Made by a program: the position numbers and the translations under genes
Origin: a virus
Strand: one strand, 5' to 3'
Length of the DNA stretch: 64,000 nt
Virus record (IMG/VR): IMGVR_UViG_3300032307_000723
Coordinates: 1-64,000 of that record
The notes under the pieces: model-generated
What the model saw: only the letters and a program-made list of their open reading frames with translations
Told to the model about the DNA's origin: nothing
The model's database searches: none
In this document: positions 1-10,700 of the stretch, in pieces
Layout of the letters: each line of letters starts with the position of its first letter
How positions within the stretch are numbered: position 1 is the first letter of the stretch

Positions 1-2277
1 ACTCAAACGCCAACTACAACAACAACGTTGACTGCTACTCCTACTCAAACAAGTACTCAGACTCCAACTACAACAACAACATTAACTGCAACACCTACTC
101 AAACAAGTACTCAGACTCCAACTACAACAACAACATTAACTGCAACACCTACTCAAACAAGTACTCAAACGCCAACTACAACAACAACATTAACTGCAAC
201 ACCTACTCAAACACCAACTCAAACAAGTACTCAAACTCCAACTCCAACTACAACTCCGATAATTTTTAACAGTTGTGATGTCGCGTTTAATAGTTCAGGA
301 AATGTATATCATTATAATCCAACTCTTAATACTTCAGAATTAGTATTATCAAGTGGAATTGGTTCTCCTGATGTTGCTATGACAAGTGATAGATTATGGT
401 TATATAATAGTAGTAATATTTATGAATATAATTTAACATTGAGTCCGTTTAGTCTATCTCAAACACCTAATAGAATAATATCTTACCCATCAGGGGCGAA
501 TGGTGCTGGATTAGGAGCAATTAGTAATACTACATTATTAATGGGTGGGTCTTCAATATATTCGTTAAATATTACAACAACAACCGCAACAAGTACCTTA
601 TTATTTAATTTACCATCCGGTACATTTGTTGATGGGGACATAATTTATAATCCAACAACAACACATTATTTTGTAACATATACGAATGGGGTTAATAGTT
701 TTATTGGTGAATTCTTAAGTGATGGTACAATTTGGAACTCCAGCCAATTACCATTTACTAGTGCTTGGGGTATGTATATTGTTGGTACCACATTATATGT
801 TACTCAGGGTACAGGTCAAGTATGGTCAATTAACCCTACAACCTTAGCGGCAACATTCGTACAAACAGTTGCTGGTGTTCCATTTATTTCAGGAGCAGCA
901 CAATCACCAAGTTGTATTACAAGTGAATTTATACAAACTCCTACTCCAACCCCAACACAAACTCCTACACCTACAAGAACGCAAACTCCAACACCAACTA
1001 CCACAACTACATTAACTGCAACTCAAACTCCGACAAGGACTTCAACGCAAACTCCAACACCAACAACAACGACTACTTTGACTGCCACTCAAACACCTAC
1101 AAGAACATCAACTCAAACTCCAACTCCAACTACCACAACAACATTAACTGCGACACAAACTCCAACAAGGACTCCAACGCCAACAACAACGACTACTTTG
1201 ACAGCAACTCAAACTCCGACAAGGACTCCAACACCAACTACCACAACAACATTAACTGCGACACAAACTCCAACAAGGACTCCAACTCCAACTACCACAA
1301 CAACATTAACTGCCACACAAACACCTACACCAACTCCAACACCGACAACGCCTGAGGTAGTTTGTGAATGTTATACATTGACTAATGAACCACCACTACC
1401 TCCTACACCGGCATTAGGTGTTACTAATTTCCAATATGTTGATTGTGACGGTGTTACTCAAAATACTGCGGCATTTGATGGTAGCCCTACTAATGTTTGT
1501 GCACGACAAGGTACTGCAGTAAGAACCGGTGGTGACCCGGGAAGTGTTTCTGTGTCAGCATATAATTGTTGTAATATACCAGTTAATTTTGGGTATAGAG
1601 TGACAGATGCAACTTGTGCATCTTCTGGTTGGTCTTTCGAAAATTTATGTATTAATGGTTCGGCAACAGATTTGTGTGATGCAACAGTGTTATATGAAGG
1701 GGATTTCGATGGAAATTGTACTTTTACTTTTGCACCTGCAGGTTATTATAAAATCACTGATAATACTAGTAGAAGATATTGGGATGGTACAACATTCCCG
1801 GCAGCTTGTTATGGATGTGGATGTCTTGTTGCTGATACAATAATAACATTATCGGATGGGTCAACCAAATTAATACAAGATATTCAAGTGAATGATGTAC
1901 TTAAATCTATTGATGTATCAGGAATGCCTCAACCTGCGAATGAGTGGTACTCTTGGAGTAGTGATACATTGAATTATGTTAGTTCGACATCAACGGTTAT
2001 TAATTTTACAACATACGAATTTGATTCAGTTGTTAACATTAATAATGGTAGATTAATTGCAACCGATTCTCATAACCACGTTGTTAAACAAAATGGTGTA
2101 TGGTATATCAGAACAACATCAGAATTAAACGTTGGTGATGTATTGTTGGATATTGATAATACTGAATTTGAAATTACTTCATTAGTGGTAATTACAGAAC
2201 CAACAACGGTATACGATGTTGATGTTAATAATAGTAACTTGTATTTTGCGAATAATGTCTTAACACATAATAAATAA
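1..2277 (+). CDS. Pro/Thr-repeat virion adhesin with beta-propeller-like region and C-terminal Hint domain (5' truncated)
   Basis: Frame open from base 1; TPT repeats; Hint motifs CLVADT (1822), TDSH and terminal THN-K-stop. Confidence 0.75.
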   Translation, partial: TQTPTTTTTLTATPTQTSTQTPTTTTTLTATPTQTSTQTPTTTTTLTATPTQTSTQTPTTTTTLTATPTQTPTQTSTQTPTPTTTPIIFNSCDVAFNSSGNVYHYNPTLNTSELVLSSGIGSPDVAMTSDRLWLYNSSNIYEYNLTLSPFSLSQTPNRIISYPSGANGAGLGAISNTTLLMGGSSIYSLNITTTTATSTLLFNLPSGTFVDGDIIYNPTTTHYFVTYTNGVNSFIGEFLSDGTIWNSSQLPFTSAWGMYIVGTTLYVTQGTGQVWSINPTTLAATFVQTVAGVPFISGAAQSPSCITSEFIQTPTPTPTQTPTPTRTQTPTPTTTTTLTATQTPTRTSTQTPTPTTTTTLTATQTPTRTSTQTPTPTTTTTLTATQTPTRTPTPTTTTTLTATQTPTRTPTPTTTTTLTATQTPTRTPTPTTTTTLTATQTPTPTPTPTTPEVVCECYTLTNEPPLPPTPALGVTNFQYVDCDGVTQNTAAFDGSPTNVCARQGTAVRTGGDPGSVSVSAYNCCNIPVNFGYRVTDATCASSGWSFENLCINGSATDLCDATVLYEGDFDGNCTFTFAPAGYYKITDNTSRRYWDGTTFPAACYGCGCLVADTIITLSDGSTKLIQDIQVNDVLKSIDVSGMPQPANEWYSWSSDTLNYVSSTSTVINFTTYEFDSVVNINNGRLIATDSHNHVVKQNGVWYIRTTSELNVGDVLLDIDNTEFEITSLVVITEPTTVYDVDVNNSNLYFANNVLTHNK

Positions 2278-2310
2278 AAAAAAGGGATAGTAGCGAACTT
2301 TCCCTTTTTA
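2278..2310. terminator. Bidirectional intrinsic terminator
   Basis: AAAGGGA..TTCCCTTTTT hairpin with A/T runs between convergent genes. Confidence 0.6.
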
Positions 2311-2335
2311 AGTGTTACCATTACTGATAACGGTC

Positions 2336-2521
2336 CTAAACGTCCTCTTTAAGAGGTGTATTTTCAGATTTTGATTTATATAACTTAAGTAGTTTTAGAG
2401 AATCTTTATAGTGTTTTTCTAACCTATCCAATTCATTTAATGAAGTTGAGGTTTCGCTAGCCTGATTATATTGTTCTTCGGCTTCTTTAATAATATTCTC
2501 AATGGTTGATAGAAGTTTCAT
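2336..2521 (-). CDS. Small helical hypothetical protein
   Basis: 61-aa ORF with TATTTATA motif 5 nt upstream on its strand (2526-2533). Confidence 0.6.
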   Translation of the reverse strand: MKLLSTIENIIKEAEEQYNQASETSTSLNELDRLEKHYKDSLKLLKLYKSKSENTPLKEDV

Positions 2522-2627
2522 ATAATATAAATATTCGAAACACCTCTATTTATTTGTTTTTTAATAAAACTATATTTCTTTTTGTATAAAACCCATTATG
2601 TGGTTATTTATAGTAAAACAAATTTGA

Positions 2628-5600
2628 ATGGCTTGTAAAGATTATGACATAATAATAAGTGCTCTTGATATTGCGAATGCAACAGGTAATAGTAATCCTA
2701 CTCAGAATGGTACTGTGTTTGTTGATTACACTGATTGTTATGGTACACCGTTTCAACTATCATATAGTAGTGCAGGTACTTATAGTAGTGCAGTCTGTGG
2801 TGACGATTCAATTTCTTTTGTCTTTTCTTATTTTAATAATAATGTAGGAACTATTACGACTAATAGTTATGAGAATCAACAAAGTGCATGTGCAACAGTT
2901 TGTTATAATGCGGATGCGACAGTTAGTTCAACTGACTTAGCTGACGCTACCGGAAATACTGATGTTAGTAAGAATAACAAAGTTTTCTTCCAATACGTTG
3001 ATTGTGATGGTAATGGTCAAACAAGTGATGGGTATGGAACCGCAGGATTTTTCCCTGATGCAGAATGTATTTCAGGTATAACAAGTACATTTGCGATATA
3101 TTATAAAAACGATGTCATTAATTACACAATTTTAAGTAGTTTAATTAATAATTATACTATTTGTGTTCCGTTAACTCCGACCCCAACTCCAACACCAACA
3201 AATACATCTACACCAACACAAACTCCAACAAATACTCAGACTTCTACACCAACACAAACACCAACAAATACAGAAACACCAACTCAAACACCAACAAACA
3301 CAGGAACTCCAACACAAACGCCAACAAATACTCAAACTTCTACTCCAACTCAAACACCAACAAGTACTCAAACTTCAACACCAACTCCGACACCTACCTC
3401 AACAGGTGGTTATATTGTTGAATTTCAGAGTTGTGTTAATTCATTAAATAAATTTAGATTTATTGGATTACCATCAACTTTTGGTAATGGAGACACTTAT
3501 TTGATTAGTGGTGGTACTGAATTTGAGGGATGTGCGACTGTTGTACCATATACAGGTTCAGGCCCAATATATAACGGTTCAGGAGTTAGTTTTACACTTG
3601 TAGGTTTTGGTTGTGGAGACCCTATATGTCCAAGAACAAATAATATACCGGCAATTTTAACAAGTTGTGGGGATGGTTCTATTCTTTATGCAAATGTTGA
3701 AGAAGGAACTGCTTTTACTGGTGCGGTTTATTTTTATAATGGTCAATGTTATTCATTCGTTGAATTTTCAGGACCGGGTGGACCTGATTTAGGTGAGCCG
3801 GATTATAAAGATTGTTCTTCCTGTACTCCAACCCAAACGCCAACACCAACACCTCAACCAACACCAACAAACACGCCAACACCATCGACAACGCCACAAA
3901 ATTGTCCAAACAATGTTTATTGTTTTAGAACAACATTATCTTCGTTATCAGGTTATAGTGGAAATTATACATCATCAGGTTCATACAATTCAAGACCGTA
4001 TTACTCAGGTGATTCTATTAATACTTCATTTATTTATTATACAGGTAACTATTGGTGTTTAAGTAATAGTTTAGGAGGTTCTTGTTTATTACAAGGTGCA
4101 ACACCTTGTTACTCAAGTTGTCCGGATATATCGGCTAATGATTTTACTGCGGGTATTTGTCCGTCACCAACACCATTACCAATTGATTGTACTACCTTTG
4201 ATTTTAGTGCTTATTTCGATTGTAATTTTGAACCAACTCCAACACCAATTCCAATAATTGATTGTGAAAATGTTAATTTTGAAGTGACTTCTGTTGCGGT
4301 TACACCAACACCATTACCACCGGTTGATAATTGTATTGGTACTGCAGTATCATTTAGTTTAAGTGGATATACTCCTGTTGGTCCGACAGTTACTTCTACT
4401 CCAACTCAAATGCCAACTCCTGATATTCCTTCGGGAGGTCAAGTAACATTTAATATGTTAGAGGAAACATTTACGTGTGTTTCAGTTAAAGTATTAAAAC
4501 TTTGTTCAGATGATAGTGTGATATATGTTAATGATGGTTTAGTTTATAATAATTTACCATTAACAACAGGAACTACATTCTTAGCATTGATAAATAATGT
4601 TCAAACATGTGTGACATATGTTAGGGATGAGTTCAACTTATCATCAAATGCTAATGTTAATTCTGTACTTAATGTTTATGGTAATTGTGCTTCTTGTGGT
4701 ATTTTACCAACTCCAACACCAACATCAACATCAACTCAAACGCCAACACCAACTCAAACACAGACTCAAACACCTACACCAACAAATACGTCAACACCAA
4801 CACAAACTCCTACTCAAACGTCGACTCAAACTCCCACACCAACTACAACATCAACATTAGGTACAACACCACCACCTACACCGACAAATACAGGTACTCC
4901 TACTCCAACACCTACTCAAACACCTACTCAAAACCCTTGTAATTGTATTACTTTTGTTGATTATGTGGGCAGTAGGCCTTATCAATACACTGATTGTTCG
5001 GGGGTAATTGTAACTGGTACTACACAACCTCTTGGTAATTTCCAACCCCCAAATGTGTTTAGTGTTTGTGGTAGTAACCCTTTAACTAATAATCCAAAAT
5101 TCACTTTCACTATTAATGGTTTATGTAGTAATCGTGTGAACTGTGATGTAATTCCAACTCAAACACCGACTCCAACATCAACACCGACACCAACACCGAC
5201 ATCAAAATATGTTTATGTGTTTGAAAGTTGTGTTGCTATTAACCCTAAAATTAGTTCACAATTAACACAAATAATACAAGATTCTCCTTTATCGTTTGTA
5301 ATTAATGTTGACGAGGTTTTCAAAGATAAAGATGAAATTTGTTGGAGATATGTTGGTAGATTTGGCACTAATTATATTCCACCAAGTAATGTAAATATAA
5401 TAACTTATAGTGGTGATTATTTTGCGGGTGTTTCACCAACAATTTACCCTAACTGTAGTACTTGTATTGAAAGACCATTATGTGATATACCTGAAAATTT
5501 AGAGAAGTGGACACTAGTTGAAAATGTGTATGGAGGACAATTCCCGAGTATTTATTGGAACTTTAATTTGGGTGAATTATCTGACGCTTGTAATGCGTGG

Positions 5601-5882
5601 AATTGGTATTATGGAAATTATAATCAAATTACCGAAATTAATTATGATATTCGTTATATAGGTGTTGAAAGTTTAGCTATTGGAAATATTGCTTATGGAT
5701 ATAGTCCGGGAGAAGATAAATTTTATTGTCCTCCATTCCCTGCCGGGAATTATTGGTTATTAAATTATAGTACTAATTCAAATATAATTCAAAATAATCC
5801 TTCGTCTCCTGATATGACAATAATTCAGATAGATAGTCAAGGTATAATAACAAATATAACAACTTGTTATTTTCAACCATAA
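2628..5882 (+). CDS. Large Pro/Thr-linker, Cys-rich virion/tail adhesin
   Basis: 1084 aa; several PT tracts separating Cys-rich modules; N-terminus paralogous to 7715; TATTTATA at 2605. Confidence 0.7.
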   Translation: MACKDYDIIISALDIANATGNSNPTQNGTVFVDYTDCYGTPFQLSYSSAGTYSSAVCGDDSISFVFSYFNNNVGTITTNSYENQQSACATVCYNADATVSSTDLADATGNTDVSKNNKVFFQYVDCDGNGQTSDGYGTAGFFPDAECISGITSTFAIYYKNDVINYTILSSLINNYTICVPLTPTPTPTPTNTSTPTQTPTNTQTSTPTQTPTNTETPTQTPTNTGTPTQTPTNTQTSTPTQTPTSTQTSTPTPTPTSTGGYIVEFQSCVNSLNKFRFIGLPSTFGNGDTYLISGGTEFEGCATVVPYTGSGPIYNGSGVSFTLVGFGCGDPICPRTNNIPAILTSCGDGSILYANVEEGTAFTGAVYFYNGQCYSFVEFSGPGGPDLGEPDYKDCSSCTPTQTPTPTPQPTPTNTPTPSTTPQNCPNNVYCFRTTLSSLSGYSGNYTSSGSYNSRPYYSGDSINTSFIYYTGNYWCLSNSLGGSCLLQGATPCYSSCPDISANDFTAGICPSPTPLPIDCTTFDFSAYFDCNFEPTPTPIPIIDCENVNFEVTSVAVTPTPLPPVDNCIGTAVSFSLSGYTPVGPTVTSTPTQMPTPDIPSGGQVTFNMLEETFTCVSVKVLKLCSDDSVIYVNDGLVYNNLPLTTGTTFLALINNVQTCVTYVRDEFNLSSNANVNSVLNVYGNCASCGILPTPTPTSTSTQTPTPTQTQTQTPTPTNTSTPTQTPTQTSTQTPTPTTTSTLGTTPPPTPTNTGTPTPTPTQTPTQNPCNCITFVDYVGSRPYQYTDCSGVIVTGTTQPLGNFQPPNVFSVCGSNPLTNNPKFTFTINGLCSNRVNCDVIPTQTPTPTSTPTPTPTSKYVYVFESCVAINPKISSQLTQIIQDSPLSFVINVDEVFKDKDEICWRYVGRFGTNYIPPSNVNIITYSGDYFAGVSPTIYPNCSTCIERPLCDIPENLEKWTLVENVYGGQFPSIYWNFNLGELSDACNAWNWYYGNYNQITEINYDIRYIGVESLAIGNIAYGYSPGEDKFYCPPFPAGNYWLLNYSTNSNIIQNNPSSPDMTIIQIDSQGIITNITTCYFQP

Positions 5883-5893
5883 TAATATATAAC

Positions 5894-6112
5894 ATGGCAG
5901 TACAAGTAACAATTAATAGTATAACAGGACAATCACCATTTGATATTTATATATGTCAATCAAATGGTACGGGTTGTTTTTATATATCAACAATAACGTC
6001 AACACCATATGTGTTTGACATACCTGAACCATACAATAGTTCAACATCTTATCAATTAAAAGTAATTGATTCAAATAATTGTACAATAACCGGAGTAGAA
6101 AACGTAGAATGA
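5894..6112 (+). CDS. Small beta-rich virion protein, paralogous to the N-terminus of the next gene
   Basis: MAVQVTINSITGQSPFDIYIC resembles MSQEVTILSVTANTPVDVYYC; ATGA overlap with next gene. Confidence 0.65.
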   Translation: MAVQVTINSITGQSPFDIYICQSNGTGCFYISTITSTPYVFDIPEPYNSSTSYQLKVIDSNNCTITGVENVE

Positions 6113-7677
6113 GTCAAGAAGTAACCATATTATCAGTAACAGCGAACACACCTGTAGATGTCTACTATTGTGATTCGTTTAGTGCGAATTGTGTTTTCGT
6201 GGATTCTGTTACAGTTTTTCCATTCACATTTGATGTTCCACCACCATACGATGGGACAAATATTGTTGTTAAAATAATTGATAATGAATTTTGTGTTGAT
6301 GGTCAAGTGATTTCAATTTCACCAACTCCAACAAGTAGTGTGACACCAACCGTGACACCGACACAAACTCAAACGCCAACTAATAGTCCAACACAAACTC
6401 CAACACAAACACAAACTCCAACAAATACGCAAACTCCAACAAATACATCGACTAATACTCCAACACCAACATCCACATCTGCTAATGCGATTCATTATGT
6501 TGGTCAAAATTCGTTCACAACTTCAGGTAATGTATGTAATCAAATAATGACTATTTTACCATATTACACTTACTTAAGTGCGTCAAATAATGTACCTGTA
6601 ATTGGTACAACAATTTATCAAACAAATGTTAACGGAGTTCTTTACAATCCATTAGATGGTGGTTTAAAATATTACAAAATGACTTTTGGTGGGTATTATT
6701 ATGTGGTTCAAATTAACGGAAACGGGGAGATAACATCTTTTGAAATATGTTCAGGATTGGTTACACCAACACCGACAAGTACAACAACTCCAACAAATAC
6801 CCCAACAAATACTTCAACACCTACAAATACGCCTACAAATACCACAACTAATACATTAACACCGACAAATACACCGACAAATACATTAACACCGACAAAT
6901 ACACCGACAAATACATTAACACCGACAAATACACCGACAAATACATTAACACCGACAACTACACCAACAAATACATTAACACCAACAAATACAGGTACTC
7001 CGACACCAACTCCAACATCCGCAGCAAGTGGAGTTTCAGAATATGGTTATTTATATGGGTCATATTTTACACATAATAGTGATAATTTTGTACCAAATGG
7101 GTGGAGAATTCCGGAATATCATACAAGTGGAGGTGTTCAAAGTGATGTATTTATTTTAAGAAATTATGTTGTTTCTAATAGTGGCCCATTGAAAAGTACT
7201 CGTACTTCTCCTACAATTTCACCAAGATGGTTAAGTCCAAACACAGGTGCTTCTGATTTATATGGGTTTGGTGCATTGCCGGCCGGAGTTCGATTCCCTA
7301 ATGGTAATTTTATTCGTAGAGAACAAGAATTTGATATGTTATTTGGAGGTTATGATTCTACAGGTAATGTTCCTGTTCAGGGTTACTTAAGTCTCCGATA
7401 TGATAATACTGTTATTAGTTGGTCGCCATCTTCATTTTTCCAAAATTATGGTGCCTCGGTTAGATTTATTAAAGAGGACCCAAATGATTGGTCGCCTGGT
7501 GACACTGTAACTGATTATGAAGGAAATGTTTATAATACGGTTAAAATTGGTACACAAGTATGGACTGTTGAAAATTGGAAATCAAGAAAATATTTTGATG
7601 GTACGGATATTCCATTGATTCAAAATAGTTCTATATGGAGTTCAACAAATACACCTGCAATGTGTTACTATGTTTAA
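6109..7677 (+). CDS. PT-repeat virion protein with permuted FISUMP (Fib_succ_major)-like domain
   Basis: YGYLY..GWRIP..GFGALPAG..ASVRFIKE followed by DYEGNVYNTVKIGTQVWTVEN; start chosen at ATGA overlap. Confidence 0.7.
   Translation: MSQEVTILSVTANTPVDVYYCDSFSANCVFVDSVTVFPFTFDVPPPYDGTNIVVKIIDNEFCVDGQVISISPTPTSSVTPTVTPTQTQTPTNSPTQTPTQTQTPTNTQTPTNTSTNTPTPTSTSANAIHYVGQNSFTTSGNVCNQIMTILPYYTYLSASNNVPVIGTTIYQTNVNGVLYNPLDGGLKYYKMTFGGYYYVVQINGNGEITSFEICSGLVTPTPTSTTTPTNTPTNTSTPTNTPTNTTTNTLTPTNTPTNTLTPTNTPTNTLTPTNTPTNTLTPTTTPTNTLTPTNTGTPTPTPTSAASGVSEYGYLYGSYFTHNSDNFVPNGWRIPEYHTSGGVQSDVFILRNYVVSNSGPLKSTRTSPTISPRWLSPNTGASDLYGFGALPAGVRFPNGNFIRREQEFDMLFGGYDSTGNVPVQGYLSLRYDNTVISWSPSSFFQNYGASVRFIKEDPNDWSPGDTVTDYEGNVYNTVKIGTQVWTVENWKSRKYFDGTDIPLIQNSSIWSSTNTPAMCYYV
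6851..6992 (+). repeat. 30-bp coding tandem repeat (TLTPTNTPTN)
   Basis: ATACATTAACACCGACAAATACACCGACAA three times perfect, then one 2-mismatch copy and a partial copy. Confidence 0.9.
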
Positions 7678-7714
7678 TAAAACAAATAAAAATATAATTA
7701 TAGAATAAAGAATA

Positions 7715-10700
7715 ATGGCTTGTAAGTATTATGACATAACGATAAGTGAAATAGATATTGCGGATGCAACGGGTAATACTATTTCCCCTAACTTAAATGG
7801 TAAAGTTTTTGTTAAATATACTGATTGTGATGGTATAGAACAAGAGGTGGGATATGATACTCCTGGTACTTATGTTGACGAGTTTTGTGCGAATAATGAT
7901 GAACTCGTTTTAATAGGGTTTTATTCTAATAATCAACCTTTCTCCCTAACTATAAATTCAACATATAGTGAACAAGGTGATTGTTCAGTTACTTGTTTTG
8001 GGTATTTGTATAATTGGTATGCAGCAACAGATGTCAGAAATATTTCTGCAGCTGGGTGGGAAGTTCCTACAATTTCAGATTATCAAATTTTAGCGAATTA
8101 TTTAGGAGCTGCTGGTAATTATGTTACAAATGTGGTTGGTGGTAAATTAAAAGAGACCGGATTAACTTATTGGAATAGTCCAAATGTAGGAGCAACTAAT
8201 GAAGTTGGGTTTAACGCTATTGGAAGTGGGGTAAGAACGACTGGATTTGGACTATTAGGTACGAGTGGATATTTATGGACAAGAGATAACCCATTTCCAA
8301 GTGGGGGATATCTAGCTATGTTATCCAATTCAAATCAAAACTTTGTCTGTGCAACTGGTAATTCGTATCTTAAAAAAGATGGATATGCTTTAAGATTAAA
8401 AAAAATAACTACAACATTAGTTAATGGACAAACAGGTACTTATGTTGGGAATGATGGAAAAACATATGACACGATTTGTATTGGAACACAAGAATGGGTA
8501 TCTCAAAATTTAACAGAAACTAAATATAGAGATTTAAGTGATATATCGAATGTTACCGTTCAAGCAACTTGGAGTGGGTTAACAACAGGAGCTTATTGTA
8601 TTTACAACAACGACCCTGTAAATGTTAGTGGTTGCCCTCCACTACCACCAACACCGACAACACTTTGTTTTGAATATATTGGTTTAAATTACCCTAACCC
8701 GTCAGAAGTATTTTTATGTGATATTAGCTCGGCTCCATCACTTTATAATGGTAAAAATTATTGGATATTATCTGATTGTGCTCAACCAGAACAATGTAGT
8801 TATTTCGATATAGGGTTTGTTTGGTGGAATGATTTAACATCTTCGTGGTATAATAGTACAACATTAGGTGGTACAGGTATATATGAAGCTTTAAGTGAAC
8901 TACAAAATCCCGGAGACTACCCTATACAAATACCAGGGGTTTATGAATGGACATTCCTACCGGCATCTTTTTGTACTTGTTGCCCATCTATTATTAATTC
9001 AAATTTAGGTTCGTGTTCTGAACCAACTCCAACACCTACTCCAACACCAACAAATACTCAAACACCAACAAATACTCAAACACCGACTAAGACACCAACC
9101 CAAACACCAACTCAAACTCAAACACCAACGAATACTGTTACATCTAGTCAAACCCCATCAACAACTCCAATTAGTTGTGGATTAGGGTTAATTAAAACAA
9201 ATAGTGAATATTATTACACTGATTGTTGTGGTAATTTTATCTCAGGTTTTAACAATACCGGTGATGGATTACAAGTAAGTTTTAATTATAACTTGCCAAG
9301 AGGAGGTGTGGGTAAATTAAATGTGCCTGCGACAATTTCTTGTCCCTCACCAACTCCAACCCCGACTCAAACTGTTACACCAACAAATACTGTTACACCA
9401 ACGGTAACCCCAACAAATACTACAACACCCACACCATCAATTACACCATCGATTACTCCGTCAAACAGCCCGGTTGCGAGAATTCAAAATAGTTGTGATG
9501 TTATTACTTTATTTGATATGGGTATTTCATGTAATGTGATACAAAATCCTTCTAGTCCTACTTCATTAGATGGTATTATTTCGGTAAATGTAACAGGAGG
9601 AACCGCTCCTTATTCATATTATTGGAACGGAAATGCGGGACCTCAAACGTTATTCGGAGTTACTCAAGGTGACTATGAGATTTTTGTTACAGATTTTTCT
9701 TGGCCTGATGGTGGTCCTGATTTTACTGCTTCAACAATATGTTCATTAGTTGGACCAACACCAACACAAACTCCAACAATGACACCAACACCAACTAGTA
9801 CACGACCAATTCAATGTGTTGAGTTGTGTATGATTATCACCGATTCACTAAGGGGTACTACTATATTAGGACCTATTCAATTTGAATGTTACGGATATAA
9901 AAATGGTCAATTTACTTGGTTTGGTGAATGGAATGGTAAACCATTATATATAATATGGAATCCAACAAACAATAAATGGGAAGTATATTCAGATTCTCAA
10001 GGTAACCAATTATTCAATTTAGGTAGTACAAGTTTATCAAATTACGGAACTATTATTGCAAGTACTAGTACGAGTGCGATTCCTGTATCAGCATGGAATC
10101 TTTATGGGGAAGAAAGTAATGGTAATGTGACAGTAACTACAGGTTCTTGTCCAGAATACTCACCACTATCATTAAATTTATTAGCAACAAATAATAGTTG
10201 TTTAAATATGGTAAATTGTGATGGTTCAATTACTGCCAATGCTCAAGGTGGGTTAGCACCATATTATTATTCGATAAATGGTGGAATTACAACTCAAGAA
10301 AGTCCTTCATTTAATAATTTATGTCCAAATGATTATGAGGTTACGGTTTATGATTCTGCAGGGGGTCAACAATCAAGTGTTGCCAATGTTGGATATAATG
10401 GTAGTCCGGTTACTTACCAACTTTCAATAACTAATTCTGGTTCACCCGTTTCATCTACCGTACCTAATGTTTCAAATAATTTAACTCAAAGTTATAAAAT
10501 CGTGTCAGTACCTCCAATACCTGTTGGGTTAACGATATCATTTAATTTGTCAATATCAAATACTAAGATATATCAAGGACCTGGTAATGGAACAATTGAC
10601 AATACATTAATTATTACTAAAAATGGTACGGAACAAACACCAACATTTGTTTCAAATGTACCTGTTATTGGTAATAGACCAAATTGTTCACCGAACATTG

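Noticed and set aside
1822-2277. Classical splicing intein
   Set aside because: No C-extein nucleophile (Lys then stop) and no homing endonuclease
816-6507. Antisense or alternate ORFs rich in VGVG, CWC, NTN over PT repeats
   Set aside because: Shadows of ACN/CCN codon repeats
6851-6992. Possible CRISPR array
   Set aside because: Contiguous repeats without spacers, in frame within a CDS; no cas genes seen
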